A DNA stretch of 60,999 nt, the filler included, from Globobulimina sp. (Eukaryota), in NCBI GenBank assembly GCA_003354225.1. It is 13 parts of 13 records of this genome, joined end to end, with 100 filler letters (N's around TTAATTAATTAA, not from the genome) between each part and the next. Parts side by side here need not be neighbours in the genome. Positions count along the whole stretch, not along the records: positions 32,919 to 37,516 come from PIVH01001080.1; positions 37,617 to 42,214 come from PIVH01001081.1; positions 42,315 to 46,911 come from PIVH01001082.1; positions 47,012 to 51,608 come from PIVH01001083.1; 9 more parts are not named here. The stretch is one strand, 5' to 3'. The notes beneath the pieces were generated by a model. The model searched no databases, was not told where the DNA came from, and was given only the letters and a program-made list of their open reading frames with translations. Positions 35,287 through 47,086 of the stretch are shown piece by piece. Each line of letters opens with the position of its first letter. Positions within the stretch are counted from its first letter, which is position 1. The translations under genes were made by a program, and so were the position numbers.

Positions 35287-36336
35287 ATGAATTATTCAGA
35301 TGTAAATAGCTCAATGTCGATGTCTCGTGGTCGTTTACCATCATATTCAACAAATTCATCAGTAAATGTATCATCCATTTTGTCCCTCAACGACCTGAAC
35401 GATCCGAATACGAATATAAATATGAACGAAAATGATAAAAATGTGCAATTTTGTTGGAATTTAATTGAAGAAATCCGTGGGAATTATTTGTATGACGTTG
35501 AAAATAAAATGAATGATTTCAAAAATGCGCTATCTTTATGGAACGAAGGTGGATTTATTCCGTTATTAAGCAATTTTATGTCGGTCGTAAACGAAGCAAA
35601 TAAAGAAATTAATAATTTATCAAGTCGCTTAACTTCAAATACAAAATTTATACAAAGATTTGTTGTCATGTATAAAAAACAACAAATTGCTTTAAAAAAC
35701 AAAAGAAAAAATATGGATGATGTGCAATTTGAAAATAATGAATTAAAAAAAGAGAATGAATGGCTCCGCAATCAGTTATTGAGTGTATCCAATACAATGA
35801 GTACCTCATCGCAACAAATTAAATATTTAAACAACAAACATGAGAATAAACAGAACAAATTCATTAAAAGCTTAGCAAAAATAGAAAATATGCAGACCGA
35901 TGATAATGTTCTTAAAATCGAAGGTGTCACAATTTTTCAACATAATATTAAAAAAACAGCTAAAACACCAATTAATAGCAACAGAATGATGCGAAAGAGC
36001 AACAGAAGGAGCACAAATAAAAAAACTCCAAATACGATCCAACAACAAAGCAAAAGTACAAAGGCTTATCATCGTATTCCAAAGCAAAGTGATAATAAAA
36101 TAGATAATTCGGAAAAACAAAATAAACCAAAACGTATAGTATCGCGAGCGAGAAGTTTCCGCCATTCAAAGTTGCGTACAATAACACCGAAAGCAAAGAA
36201 AAGAAGGAAAAGCGTTGCTAATATGCGGCCGTCGTCCATTCCATTCACAAATAAAATTAGATCGATATCATCACCGTCTTCCGCTATCAGGAAACCAACT
36301 GCTACTTTGAGTCGCTTCTCATCAAATGACTCATAA
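35287..36336 (+). CDS. Hypothetical coiled-coil protein with basic tail (probable upstream exon from about 35081)
   Basis: 349-aa ORF with heptad-like segment; GTATGT donor at about 35143. Confidence 0.6.
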   Translation: MNYSDVNSSMSMSRGRLPSYSTNSSVNVSSILSLNDLNDPNTNINMNENDKNVQFCWNLIEEIRGNYLYDVENKMNDFKNALSLWNEGGFIPLLSNFMSVVNEANKEINNLSSRLTSNTKFIQRFVVMYKKQQIALKNKRKNMDDVQFENNELKKENEWLRNQLLSVSNTMSTSSQQIKYLNNKHENKQNKFIKSLAKIENMQTDDNVLKIEGVTIFQHNIKKTAKTPINSNRMMRKSNRRSTNKKTPNTIQQQSKSTKAYHRIPKQSDNKIDNSEKQNKPKRIVSRARSFRHSKLRTITPKAKKRRKSVANMRPSSIPFTNKIRSISSPSSAIRKPTATLSRFSSNDS

Positions 36337-36635
36337 AACTCATCTCATATATGACTATTTATAATTTATTTTTTATGCTTATATTTATTTAAGTTTTTAG
36401 CTTTGGCGGCGTTCTTCAATGAAAACTCTCCTTCCTTTGGTCCGACACCGTGCGTGTTTCCACTGTTACTGGTGAATAAAAAATAAATTGAAAAACAGGA
36501 ATTCTAAAAATTAATTATAAGTAAATAAAAAAAAAGTACTAAGAAAAAACTAAGAATTATAAGAATTTAAATTTGTAAATACTAAAATAAAACAAAAAAT
36601 TAATACAATAATTCAAATATGAAACATTTAAAATA

Positions 36636-37516
36636 TTATATTTGATACAAGTCATGAAGTTGCGACTGGACTTGCTCAGCGATGGAAAGTCTCTCTTCAT
36701 TGACAACATAAACGGTCATCATGCCGGCTACAATATGGTCATGAACGTGACAGTGATATAACCAAACCCCTTCGTTGTCGACAGGGTCCATTGTGATGGT
36801 ATAGGTGGTGCCGGGTATTAACACCACAGTATCTGTGTTATCACCCAATGAATCTTCGAGAATATTGCCGTGCCAATGGGGAGAATGAGGGCCATCCCCT
36901 TCATTGCCAAACGATGCCGTATACCAACGGACATCTTCACCTTTGTCCATCTCTAAATATCGTAGATTGCCAAACAAATAGCCATTAATAGCATGCATTA
37001 AGTTGGACTCAATGAAATCTGGATCATTTAATAACTGGTCAGCCCCGGCGTCGTTGACTGAAAATCCCAAATATTCTTCGACATTTTTGTCAAAGAGATG
37101 CGATTCATTCTCATCATACATCACCATAAAAGTAGTAAACTCTCGATCAATATCTTCGGCAATGATATCATTTTCCCCATCACCCAAATCACTGTGAGTG
37201 ATATCGTCACCCTTTGATATGATAATTGCGCCAAATAAGCCGGTATGGACATCCTTAATCGGGTTAACGTGCGAGTGGTAAACCCACATTTTGGATTTGT
37301 GATGTTCGTCAACCATATTTTCTCGGACATCATACTCATAAATCCATTTCCCGCCATTTGCAGCAACAATGTCACCATCGGTTATTCCGTCATTATCAGC
37401 ATACCCTGCGCCTTCTGATAATTTATCGTATTTAAGGCCGTGCGCATGGATTGAATTAGGAAATGAACATTTATTTTTATAAAACACTTGGATTTTATCG
37501 CCAGTTTGAGCTCGAA
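36636..37516 (-). CDS. Multicopper oxidase, ceruloplasmin/hephaestin-like, C-terminal two cupredoxin domains (5'-truncated)
   Basis: SIHAHGLKYDKLSEGA, WVYHSHV, MHAINGYLFGNL, HSPHWHG, WLYHCHVHDHIVAGM. Confidence 0.9.
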
Positions 37517-37616
37517 NNNNNNNNNNNNNNNNNNNNNNNNNNNNNNNNNNNNNNNNNNNNTTAATTAATTAANNNNNNNNNNNNNNNNNNNNNNNNNNNN
37601 NNNNNNNNNNNNNNNN

Positions 37617-38272
37617 GGATTAGTTTAGATATATTGCAAAATAATTGGTCTCCAGCCCTAACCATTTCGAAATGTTTATTAGCCATAGTTTCATTATTAA
37701 CGGATCCAAATGCAGCTTATCCATTGGTACCAGATATTGCAAAATTATACAAAACAAATCTCAAATTGCATGACTTTCATGCTAATCAATGGGCATTTAA
37801 ATACGCTGAGGCACCCAAGCAATATCCAGACAGTTATGCTAACACATTGGAACAAGAGGAGATAAACAAAGAAAATGAATTGGAATTGAGATACAAAGTG
37901 ATAAAGCAGCGATTGATAAAATTATTTGGGGAAGTTTCGATTGTGTATATAGTGATAGCTTTGGATGGTGAGCATGCACAGAAATTACCGAATAAGTTAT
38001 ATGACAAATTTCGCAGAGAGGAAAAGAATTATTATGAACATTTGCCCACAGGAACTATATTTGTAAAAACATTGACCGGCAAAAATATTGCTTTGGATTG
38101 CAATATTTATGATTCAGTGCTTACAATAAAATGTCGAATAAGAGACAAAGAAGGAACACCAACTGGTCAACAACGATTGATATTTGCTGGCAAACAATTG
38201 GAGGATGACAGAAGTTTGGCAGATTATAATTTTTGCTACAATGCTACATTGCATCTGGTGTTGAGATTATAA
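37617..38272 (+). CDS. E2 ubiquitin-conjugating fold (UBE2D-like C-terminal half) fused to a C-terminal ubiquitin-like domain, 5'-truncated
   Basis: [79 protein letters not shown]. Confidence 0.9.
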
Positions 38273-38531
38273 TCTCAGAAATTCTGTTTTCGCGTTTCAA
38301 AAATTAACGGAATGTTTTGAATTCAAACTGTAATTCTAAAGTACTCCCTACATCTACGAGTAATTCATTCCGTTTAGCAATAAATTCATTCTATTATTAT
38401 AACAAACCCAGAATAAAGCTATGGCAAACCGTTTCTGTATAAAAAGTATATTATTAATAACTGAACTTTTGCAAACAATCAAAACATATCCAACATTGTA
38501 GTATATAATTTGTTATCTTTTTCTAAATAAA

Positions 38532-39743
38532 TTACAATTTGGATTTGAAGCGTGTAGCATTATCAACACGATCACATCTCTTGATTATGGTAGCCGTGGC
38601 CATTCCCCATCCAATGCACATTGTTTGCAATCCATACGTTTTCTTTCTTCTCTCCAAATCATTCACCAATTTGGTCATCAATATACCACCAGTTGCACCT
38701 AAAGGATGTCCATGAGCCACTGCACCACCACAAACATTCACTTTCTCTGGATCTACTTCCAATGTCTTCAACCATGCAATCGGTACAGTAGCAAACGCTT
38801 CATTCACTTCGAATAAATCAATATCAGCAAGTTGTAATTTCCCTTTTTCTACACATTTTGTGGTTGCTTCGATAATTCCATCCAACATCAACGTCGGATC
38901 ACTACCAATCACAACTTTTGCTATTATCTCTGCTCTTACTTTCAAATTATATCTCCGCACAGCGTCTGCAGAGGCCAACAATACAGCAGCTGCGCCATCT
39001 GTTATTTGTGATGCTGTTCCTGCACTAACAACACCGTTATTTGTGCTTTTCTTATTAAACAAAGATGGTAATTTCTGGATTGCATTCATATTTGGTGGAT
39101 ATCTGATTCCTTCATCACTTGTCACAGTTTTGTTTGTCCGTGGATTGAATACCTGTATTATTTGCGAATCATAATAACCATTTTTCTGTGCAATCCCTGC
39201 TTTTCTATGCGAATCGAACGCAAACTGATCACAATCGTTTCTGCTCACATTGTATTTGAGTGCCACCAATTCGGCACTGTCGTGCTGCACAACCAATGGA
39301 TAGGGGAAATCTTGTAATAGTTTGTCTCTGTTATAATAGATTTTGGCTTTTGGTCCATGCATTGGATTAACAGATAACATTTCAACTCCACAGCCAATAC
39401 CAATGTCCATATCACCCGATGCAATGGCTTGCGCTACGAAATGTATACTTTGCTGTGCTGAGCCGCAGGCTCTGTTGATTTGGACACCTGGCACGGAAAT
39501 AGGAAATCCTGCTTTTAATAATGCTAATCGTGCGATATTGCCACCTTGTTCACCGTATGGTTTTACACAACCTGCAATTACATCCTCTACATGCACTGGA
39601 TCTAAATTCGCTCTTTTGGTGACTTCTGCCAACACAAACGACAGTAAATCAACTGGCCTGATACCATACAAGCTTCCTGTGACTTTACCTCGGCCCAAAG
39701 GCGTGCGGACACATTCTACAATGTAAACGTTTCTGTAAGACAT
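38532..39743 (-). CDS. Thiolase (acetyl-CoA C-acyltransferase) with C-terminal PTS1 (SKL)
   Basis: RTPLGRG, NRACGS (Cys), EVNEAFA, AHGHPLGATG (His), QTMCIGWG (Cys); ATG at 39743. Confidence 0.95.
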   Translation of the reverse strand: MSYRNVYIVECVRTPLGRGKVTGSLYGIRPVDLLSFVLAEVTKRANLDPVHVEDVIAGCVKPYGEQGGNIARLALLKAGFPISVPGVQINRACGSAQQSIHFVAQAIASGDMDIGIGCGVEMLSVNPMHGPKAKIYYNRDKLLQDFPYPLVVQHDSAELVALKYNVSRNDCDQFAFDSHRKAGIAQKNGYYDSQIIQVFNPRTNKTVTSDEGIRYPPNMNAIQKLPSLFNKKSTNNGVVSAGTASQITDGAAAVLLASADAVRRYNLKVRAEIIAKVVIGSDPTLMLDGIIEATTKCVEKGKLQLADIDLFEVNEAFATVPIAWLKTLEVDPEKVNVCGGAVAHGHPLGATGGILMTKLVNDLERRKKTYGLQTMCIGWGMATATIIKRCDRVDNATRFKSKL

Positions 39744-39787
39744 ATGGTATGATATCTTTAGTTGAGAAAAAAACAGTAAGCAGCTCA

Positions 39788-41453
39788 ATGGCCGCTACAT
39801 CTGCACCGTTAATGAGTGATGGTGATGCCGAGCTTGGTGTCGAGCAAGATATTTTCGATGATAATAAATACGAAGATGATCCATTATTGCGACAGTTACC
39901 AAAAGAATTAGATGAATATGTGGTCACAGCAGCGCAGCATCATGATAAGTTGGAATATGTACATCGTACCGGATCAGCAGCAACACTCCATAGCGTATTA
40001 ACCGCTCTGTGTTGTTGTTATAGTGTTTGTAAAACTGTATTAATAAAACAAGGTGAAATTGGCTTAACCCAAAATGCTGATAAACCAGAATTATTAGGAC
40101 CGGGAAGACATGTTTTACTCTCTCCGTTTAATACGTTTCTCGGTGTTCGCCAAGTCACCGCTTCAGTCATCAGACATGGTCCTCTCCATATTATTCGCGT
40201 TGAGGTATGCTCCTATTATTAAAATATGAATTGATTGATTGAAAATACAGTATATCAATACCTACAATATATAGATGGGGCAACTTGGCTATGCGGTGGA
40301 TATGAAATCAGGCAGACCCATAATATTAGCACGCGGTAAACACGTGATCAATGATATTAATTTTGTATGGAAGAAATTCGTCACATTACGCGAGAGAATT
40401 ACGCAGTTGGATCAGTTGCAAATCATACGGATCGAAACAGGCTATGTTGGCTATGCGTACAGAAAGGGCAATTTAGTCATATTAGAGCCGGGATTGCATC
40501 TCATTGAGCCACCGGACAGATTTGGCGATATCATTACCACTCAAATGCAAATCATCGACCTCGCAGAAGCGGTGACTGAAACCTCTGATTTTGTACCGTT
40601 AGCCATCAAAGCTGCCATTTTTTTTAGGATCGTCAATCCAGAAAAAGCATTACGGCGAATATCAAATATCCAGCAACAAGTGACTGAAACTGCGGTGGCG
40701 ACCTTGGCTGGAATTATTCGCTCCTCCTCGTTATCGGATATTGCTTCGCGTTCTCAGCGGGAACAGCCATTTTATCATCGCACACAAAGCAAAAACTTAA
40801 CCGCAAATGAATCGAAATCAATCATCAGCGAGAAGAAGGAAGCAAAGGAAGAGAAGAAAGAGGATGACGTATTTTTGCCCTCATCTGTCAATGATGCACC
40901 GTCTGCACCGCCATTTTTCCAACATGTGCACGATACATTTATTCAACAATTGCATGACCACGTATTGGATGAATGGGGCATTGAAATCCAAAATATCCGA
41001 ATAGAAAGTTTGAAAATCAATGACCCGCAATTACAAAAAACGATATCCAATCAAGCCATCGATGTGTCGCGGCAGCATAATCGATATATAATGCTTCAAA
41101 AGCAACAGGAAATCGTGATTGTGGAGGCGAGTTCCAAGGCGTCGCAAAATAAAATCAATACGGATGCTCGAGCTGCGACCATACGGAGTCGAGCCCAAGC
41201 AACAGCCGATTCGGTTAGGATTGCAGCTGAAGCGCAAAAACAAGCGCTGGAGTTAAAAGGCCAAGGCGAAGCGGAATATGCGCGTTTGTTGGAAAGTACG
41301 AAATTAGGGAATGCCATGTCTGTGATGAAAGTGCAAGCGAATGCATTAAAAGGTTTGAATCAAGTCGCGTATATTCCGCATTTACCGCGATTGCTTGGAC
41401 GGAATGGTGGTATTTTTGGTGATGATGAAGCAAACTTATCATATCATGAGTAA
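39788..41453 (+). CDS. SPFH/band-7 (stomatin-like) protein with N-terminal beta repeats; intron 40205-40274
   Basis: Repeated G.IG...LL.PG.H units, TSDFVPLAIKAAIFFRIVNPEKA, EWGIEIQNIRIES, Ala-rich coiled coil. Confidence 0.85.
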
Positions 41454-42433
41454 ATTAATAATTCTGTGTGTTGGTCTGTTTGCATTTGTAAGTATAAGTT
41501 TAACATAATTAGTATCTCACTCCGAGTCAGTCAAAAGTCTCGAAACAAGCAGGGGAAGGAAAGTTAATGATTGGCAGATACTTTGTTTTTAAAATCATTT
41601 GTTGCAAGTATTTGACTAGCTCACTTCAAGAAAATCTTAATATCTGGGTTCTCACCTCATAGACGACAAATGTCATTCTTGACTATACTATATCCACTCA
41701 TTAATGCTTTCATATCAAAATATTCCTTTGCTTTGTCACTATTCAAGTTCTTTTATATATGCGATAATCCATATATATATTTAATTCATCAGTTATCATA
41801 CCGTGTTATTAATAAACAAATTGCGTGGTTTTCATAGTTCTTTTGGGTAATTATTGATCATTGTGATACCAACCAAGTTCCATTCAACAATTTCCGCATA
41901 AAATACCATCGAACACTTTTATGCATTGTACCTGTAATTGATTTGAAATGATTAAACTGTGAATTCGAAGGTAAACCGTATACAATAAAATATATGCTTT
42001 GTAAATCGGACAATAAGGCGGCAATTCGAATTGCATGCGATATGGATCTGATGTTGTGACCTGCCATAATTTCGGAATTGAACCAATTTACATTAGATTG
42101 TATGATGAGTGTCACGCTGACAATTTTTAGACTTATCCCATGCCAATGTCGATTGACACCACTTTTACGAAATCGATATGTCATATTTACGAAATTGTCA
42201 ATATTCGCCATAATNNNNNNNNNNNNNNNNNNNNNNNNNNNNNNNNNNNNNNNNNNNNTTAATTAATTAANNNNNNNNNNNNNNNNNNNNNNNNNNNNNN
42301 NNNNNNNNNNNNNNAGGTTTCCATTCTTTAATCATCAACATTATTTTTCCAAATATGTCATTTTCGTTTATCACCATTTCTTTAACATTTTTAATGCAGA
42401 ATGCAGATCAAATCAAAACGAACATAAACACCT

Positions 42434-42480
42434 ACTTTAACTTTAACTTTAACTTTAACTTTAACTTTAACTTTAACTTT
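42434..42480. repeat. (ACTTTA)n hexanucleotide microsatellite, about 8 units
   Basis: Directly visible, about 155 bp upstream of LINE ORF1. Confidence 0.95.
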
Positions 42481-42634
42481 CAACATGGCGCTGCCATATT
42501 GAATCCTTAAATATCTCCACAAATTCTCGCTACACTTCGACATATATTGCACACAAGAGAAGTGAATAGATCGCTCTTGTCAATACAATCTATATTGATC
42601 GCATCAATATACTTCATATTACTCATCAAAAGCT

Positions 42635-44497
42635 ATGTCACTATCAACCCCAAATACAAACCGCTCCTATTCAGCAGTTACGAATACAAACAATCGCAAT
42701 AATCGTAATCAAAACAATAACAATAGAAATAATAATAATCGCCCTCGCGATCCAAATATCACTCAAAAACAAAAAGATGCCAAGCGTAGACAGCGCGAAA
42801 ATGATCAAAAATTTAGAACAAAAATCAATGCATTGGATCAAATCCATGTTCGCAAATTAATTCAAACTTGGGCCAAACCGCCACCGTTTGAAGAAGCTAG
42901 AATTATTCAAATAAGAAACAATAAATTATGCATTCAAATAAAATTCTTCGCAAATGCAGCCAGTGGATCGTGGTTCGACAATGCCGATGAATATTATCAA
43001 AATCTTATTAATTATACCAAAGCATTTCAACATATCCAACCATTTATAACTGCGGGTGACCCATTTGGCAATTCAGCATATTTCCGTATTACTATAACCT
43101 GGGACGGAAAAAATAGTCGCGCTGCAAAGCAAACCGGAGTACCATCATTCGAGCAATTATTCTATTTAACTACCAATTGGATTCATAACATCTCAGACAT
43201 TTTTATCCATGACAATGCATTTAGACGCAATTTCGGGGATAATTTTCAAGCAATCCCTGTAAAACGCAATTTTGACATCAATAATGGATACAAATTTATT
43301 ATTGAAAACGCAAGCGTCCATCCCAAGTTCCATCGATCTCGAGACATAAACGACGATAAAACACTTATTATTATTAAAAAGAAGTTATTGACAGTATTCC
43401 CGCAGGATCACTTTTTATTGAGTCGCTGCGGCAATTATACTAATTATAATCAATATGTATCAAAGAAAATATTAGTAAGCACAACAAAGCAGCTAATTCT
43501 GGACGATATGAACTATAAATGTGGCTTTGCCGGCGGCCAATCCATAGAATGGGTGCAATTTAATAATGAGCAGCCTCGCAACGCCTATACTAAATTAACG
43601 GAATCGCAACGTATTCAAAATCACCAACAGTTAAAATTTGACAGCGGATCTTCATTAGACCCATTGTTCGATTATTTCAATATTAAAAAGACTCATTTCT
43701 CCAATTTCTCGCCGTCGCAAGCATATGCATTATACAATAATGACTTTAGCCAATTCAGCGACGACCAATTTAATCAGCTATCAGTGAATAGCACCATCAC
43801 CGACTACTCTTTTAATACCTGGCTGAACTCAGACGATGTAAAAAATAACACCAATCCACCTGAATCATCCGATGATAAATCAGATGATGAGCGCGATGAA
43901 GATATGAATGCAAGCAATCCCGCGACAGCCGCTACGCTCTCAACTGTGATGGAAACACAGTCGAACGAAGCAAAAACTAACGAATCAAATCTCCAATTAA
44001 CTGATTTCATATTCGATAGAATGAAACATGATATTAAAGCATTATCCTCCATTACAAAAATTGCCTCTTTCTTAAATTCGCGGCGTCGAATATTAATTGA
44101 AGGCAACGACAATGAATTACGCAATAAATACAATCTCTGCGCCGTAGAATACATTGCCTGGCTGTCAAGAAACCTACAAATCGACAAAAAGGCCGCGGAA
44201 CTGACTCTAAAATGGAACGATATGTCAAACGACGATCGAATAAATGCCGCCAAATCATTAAACAATATTCATCGCAACATTGTAATCGATCTAATCGCGT
44301 CAAATAAGGAAATTTTTCGCGAATTCGATCTCTTCGTAAAAACTACAAATTGGACCAAACCCACTAGAAAACGCAAGAACTGCGGCACAAATATTGAAAC
44401 CCCCCAAAAACGTGTTAAATTAACAGCAAACAATAAAAATAACAACAACAATACACCTAACACATTCCCACACACTCCCTTCCCTAAAACCTCATGA
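42635..44497 (+). CDS. LINE ORF1 protein (no recognisable CCHC knuckle)
   Basis: 620-aa ORF directly upstream of APE-RT; Asn/Arg-rich N-terminus, NLS-like RKRK..KRVK. Confidence 0.75.
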   Translation: MSLSTPNTNRSYSAVTNTNNRNNRNQNNNNRNNNNRPRDPNITQKQKDAKRRQRENDQKFRTKINALDQIHVRKLIQTWAKPPPFEEARIIQIRNNKLCIQIKFFANAASGSWFDNADEYYQNLINYTKAFQHIQPFITAGDPFGNSAYFRITITWDGKNSRAAKQTGVPSFEQLFYLTTNWIHNISDIFIHDNAFRRNFGDNFQAIPVKRNFDINNGYKFIIENASVHPKFHRSRDINDDKTLIIIKKKLLTVFPQDHFLLSRCGNYTNYNQYVSKKILVSTTKQLILDDMNYKCGFAGGQSIEWVQFNNEQPRNAYTKLTESQRIQNHQQLKFDSGSSLDPLFDYFNIKKTHFSNFSPSQAYALYNNDFSQFSDDQFNQLSVNSTITDYSFNTWLNSDDVKNNTNPPESSDDKSDDERDEDMNASNPATAATLSTVMETQSNEAKTNESNLQLTDFIFDRMKHDIKALSSITKIASFLNSRRRILIEGNDNELRNKYNLCAVEYIAWLSRNLQIDKKAAELTLKWNDMSNDDRINAAKSLNNIHRNIVIDLIASNKEIFREFDLFVKTTNWTKPTRKRKNCGTNIETPQKRVKLTANNKNNNNNTPNTFPHTPFPKTS

Positions 44498-46911
44498 TGA
44501 ATGACCCCAAGCCCCAACACGGTCATTTATATTCAACCTCATCCTCCAACATCAACTCCAACAATTTTGCAACACATATTAACAATCATTATAACTCAGA
44601 CTCAGACACATCAACTCATAGCAATCCAAACCAAATCCACTCTGCATGCGACACCGAGTCAAATCCCGATCTCTGTGCTGCTCAAAACAATGACTCATCA
44701 AATTTAAATAATATCTTATACCATCGGCGTGGCGGCCTTCTATTAGTTCAATGGAACGTTAATAGCATTACGCCAAATATCATTACTGTAATAAATTATA
44801 TTATTCACACCAAAAAACCAGATGCTTTATTCATTCAAGAAGCCAGAATTACGTATGATATACATGACCATTGCTGGTCTCCTCCTGGCTATTCGCCAAT
44901 GATTATGCATAATGGCTACGGTAAAGTCCTCATTTTAGTCGAAGACAGTGTTAAGTGCACACAAATACCACTAGATTCCCCCCATAACGACATCATTGAA
45001 GATCAAATAACAAAATTAAATCCATATAAGCGCGATTATAAAACCATTCGAACTAATTTATTAATGCAGAAATTATATATACTGCAATGTAAATTTGTCA
45101 CCGCTGATTCCACATTCATTGCTCTCACTAATTACAGACCACAAAACAGCAAATTAAAAAGTAATAATATATCCATTATAATGCAACATCTCGATGACTT
45201 TCAAAACAACCACAATGACGAAAAAATCATATTTATGGCTGATATCAATGGCCACAGCGAAATGTGGATGAGCGGCCCCATCAGAAACACCGCAGCAAAG
45301 TCAGTAGGCACTGTCTTTGCGAATTGGATGATAGATAATGGATGGTTTGTATTAAACGACGGGTCCCCAACACGCGCGCGACCCCTACAAAAGCAATATA
45401 CCTCTCCAGATATTACTATTATTAACAACGCCATTGATCGAGACACCGTTCATTGGTGGATTGAGAACTTTGGTACAAAACAACTGTCAGATCATCTGAC
45501 TATTTTTATACATATCGATAATGACTCAAAATACAAAAAAGAAGTTATAAAACAATCAAAATTGCGAATCGGCGACAATCTAAATTGGGATTTATTAAAA
45601 TCCGAAATGAAAATTAAAACAAAGTCATGGATGGAGGATTTTGCTCCATCGTTTACTAATTTTATCGAAGAATATATTGATTTATTTGAAAATGAACAAG
45701 AAATTGACAGCGACGAACTATTAAACAAACATAACATAACAAAGCAAAATATTTATGACAGCGGCCGCATATTACGCGAAGAAATTATCTCGCAAACATC
45801 ACAGGATATCCTTGGATTAAAATTAAGCAACAACTTCACCACAAAGCCGTGGATGACGGACTCCATAAAACAAGCAATTGCCACAGCAGCAAATTATAGA
45901 ACTGAGTGGCAAACCTATTCCCGACGCAAAAAAAGCAAATTTAAATATAAATTAGCCGAATTAGAGGAACTTGCCTATCATTATCAAGAAAATGGGCGCA
46001 TGGACTGGATTGACAACTATATACAAAATAATGTCGTCAATGCCAGCACCGATTTCAAATCAATAAATCAAATCATAAATTATGGATTAAAGCAACCAGA
46101 TTATATTCCGACGCTAATCGATTCAAACGGCTCTCTTATTGCTGAGTCATCAAAAGATAAAGCCAACGCATTATTAGCTCACAAATTACGTTTTGAACAA
46201 CGTGATTTTGCAACAAACGATATGAACAATGAAGAAAATCAAATCATCAACAAACTATTAATGGATTGGCGTACAACAAGAAAGCAAGCGATATCATCCA
46301 CAAAATTATATCGCGAGCTCCGATTTGCAAACGCTCCGCTCTCAAACAGTGAAATTAAAACCTCTGCATTCTCATTTGGCCAAAATAAGGCCATATGCCA
46401 CAACCACATCTCAAATAAAGTAATCCAACGCAACTACGACGTAATCGAACGCCCATTGTATTTATTATATAATATGTTATACCTTAACGGGCTACGTATG
46501 GACGAGTCAAATTTGGGAGAAGTCCACTTTAAGCCCAAAAGTGGCAAAGATAAACGAAAGATGAAGAACTTAAGACCTCTACAGATTGGGTCTAATTTCA
46601 TCAAACCTTTAGATAAAATTATTGCACGTCGCACCTTGCGGCTTGCTGTCAATTTGGGACATATTAAACTAACAGACTTTGGATTCGTCAAATCTCTCGG
46701 ATGTATAGATGCTATTACAATCATTATGGATATGATCGAACGCAATGCGAGCAACGGCCAATGCACTCATGGAGTATTATTAGATTTTGATTCCTGTTTC
46801 GACACTTTTAATCACAAAAATGTTTTATACGAACTTCAATTTGAATTTCAATTTGCAGGCAATATATTTAAATATTATTATGCAGCACTGAACAATCGAT
46901 GGATACGCGTT
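44494..46911 (+). CDS. LINE ORF2: APE endonuclease plus reverse transcriptase (partial)
   Basis: QWNVNSI, IQEA, NYRP, ADINGH..W, SPDIT, SDH; NLRPLQI, FGFVKSLGCIDAI, LLDFDSCFDTFNH. Confidence 0.93.
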
Positions 46912-47086
46912 NNNNNNNNNNNNNNNNNNNNNNNNNNNNNNNNNNNNNNNNNNNNTTAATTAATTAANNNNNNNNNNNNNNNNNNNNNNNNNNNNNNNNN
47001 NNNNNNNNNNNCCAACTTCCATCCAAATGAAAACCTTGAAATCCCTGAGTTGCATGTATTGTACTTCCCGTTGATGACGGCATGCT

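Larger units (their letters stand above)
42481..46911 (+). mobile_element. Non-LTR retrotransposon (LINE; ORF1 plus APE-RT ORF2), 3'-truncated by the contig end; 5' boundary inferred
   Basis: Two long intronless co-oriented ORFs overlapping by ATGA; ORF2 has APE and RT motifs. Confidence 0.9.

Noticed and set aside
36636-37516. Copper nitrite reductase (NirK) of foraminiferal denitrification
   Set aside because: HxxHxH plus HCHxxxHxxxxM in the last domain is the multicopper oxidase trinuclear pattern, not NirK
41858-42211. 117-aa ORF at contig end
   Set aside because: No recognisable motif; not supportable as a gene
42481-42497. CAACATGGCG as a YY1-like LINE promoter site
   Set aside because: Single short match with no evidence for such a factor in this lineage
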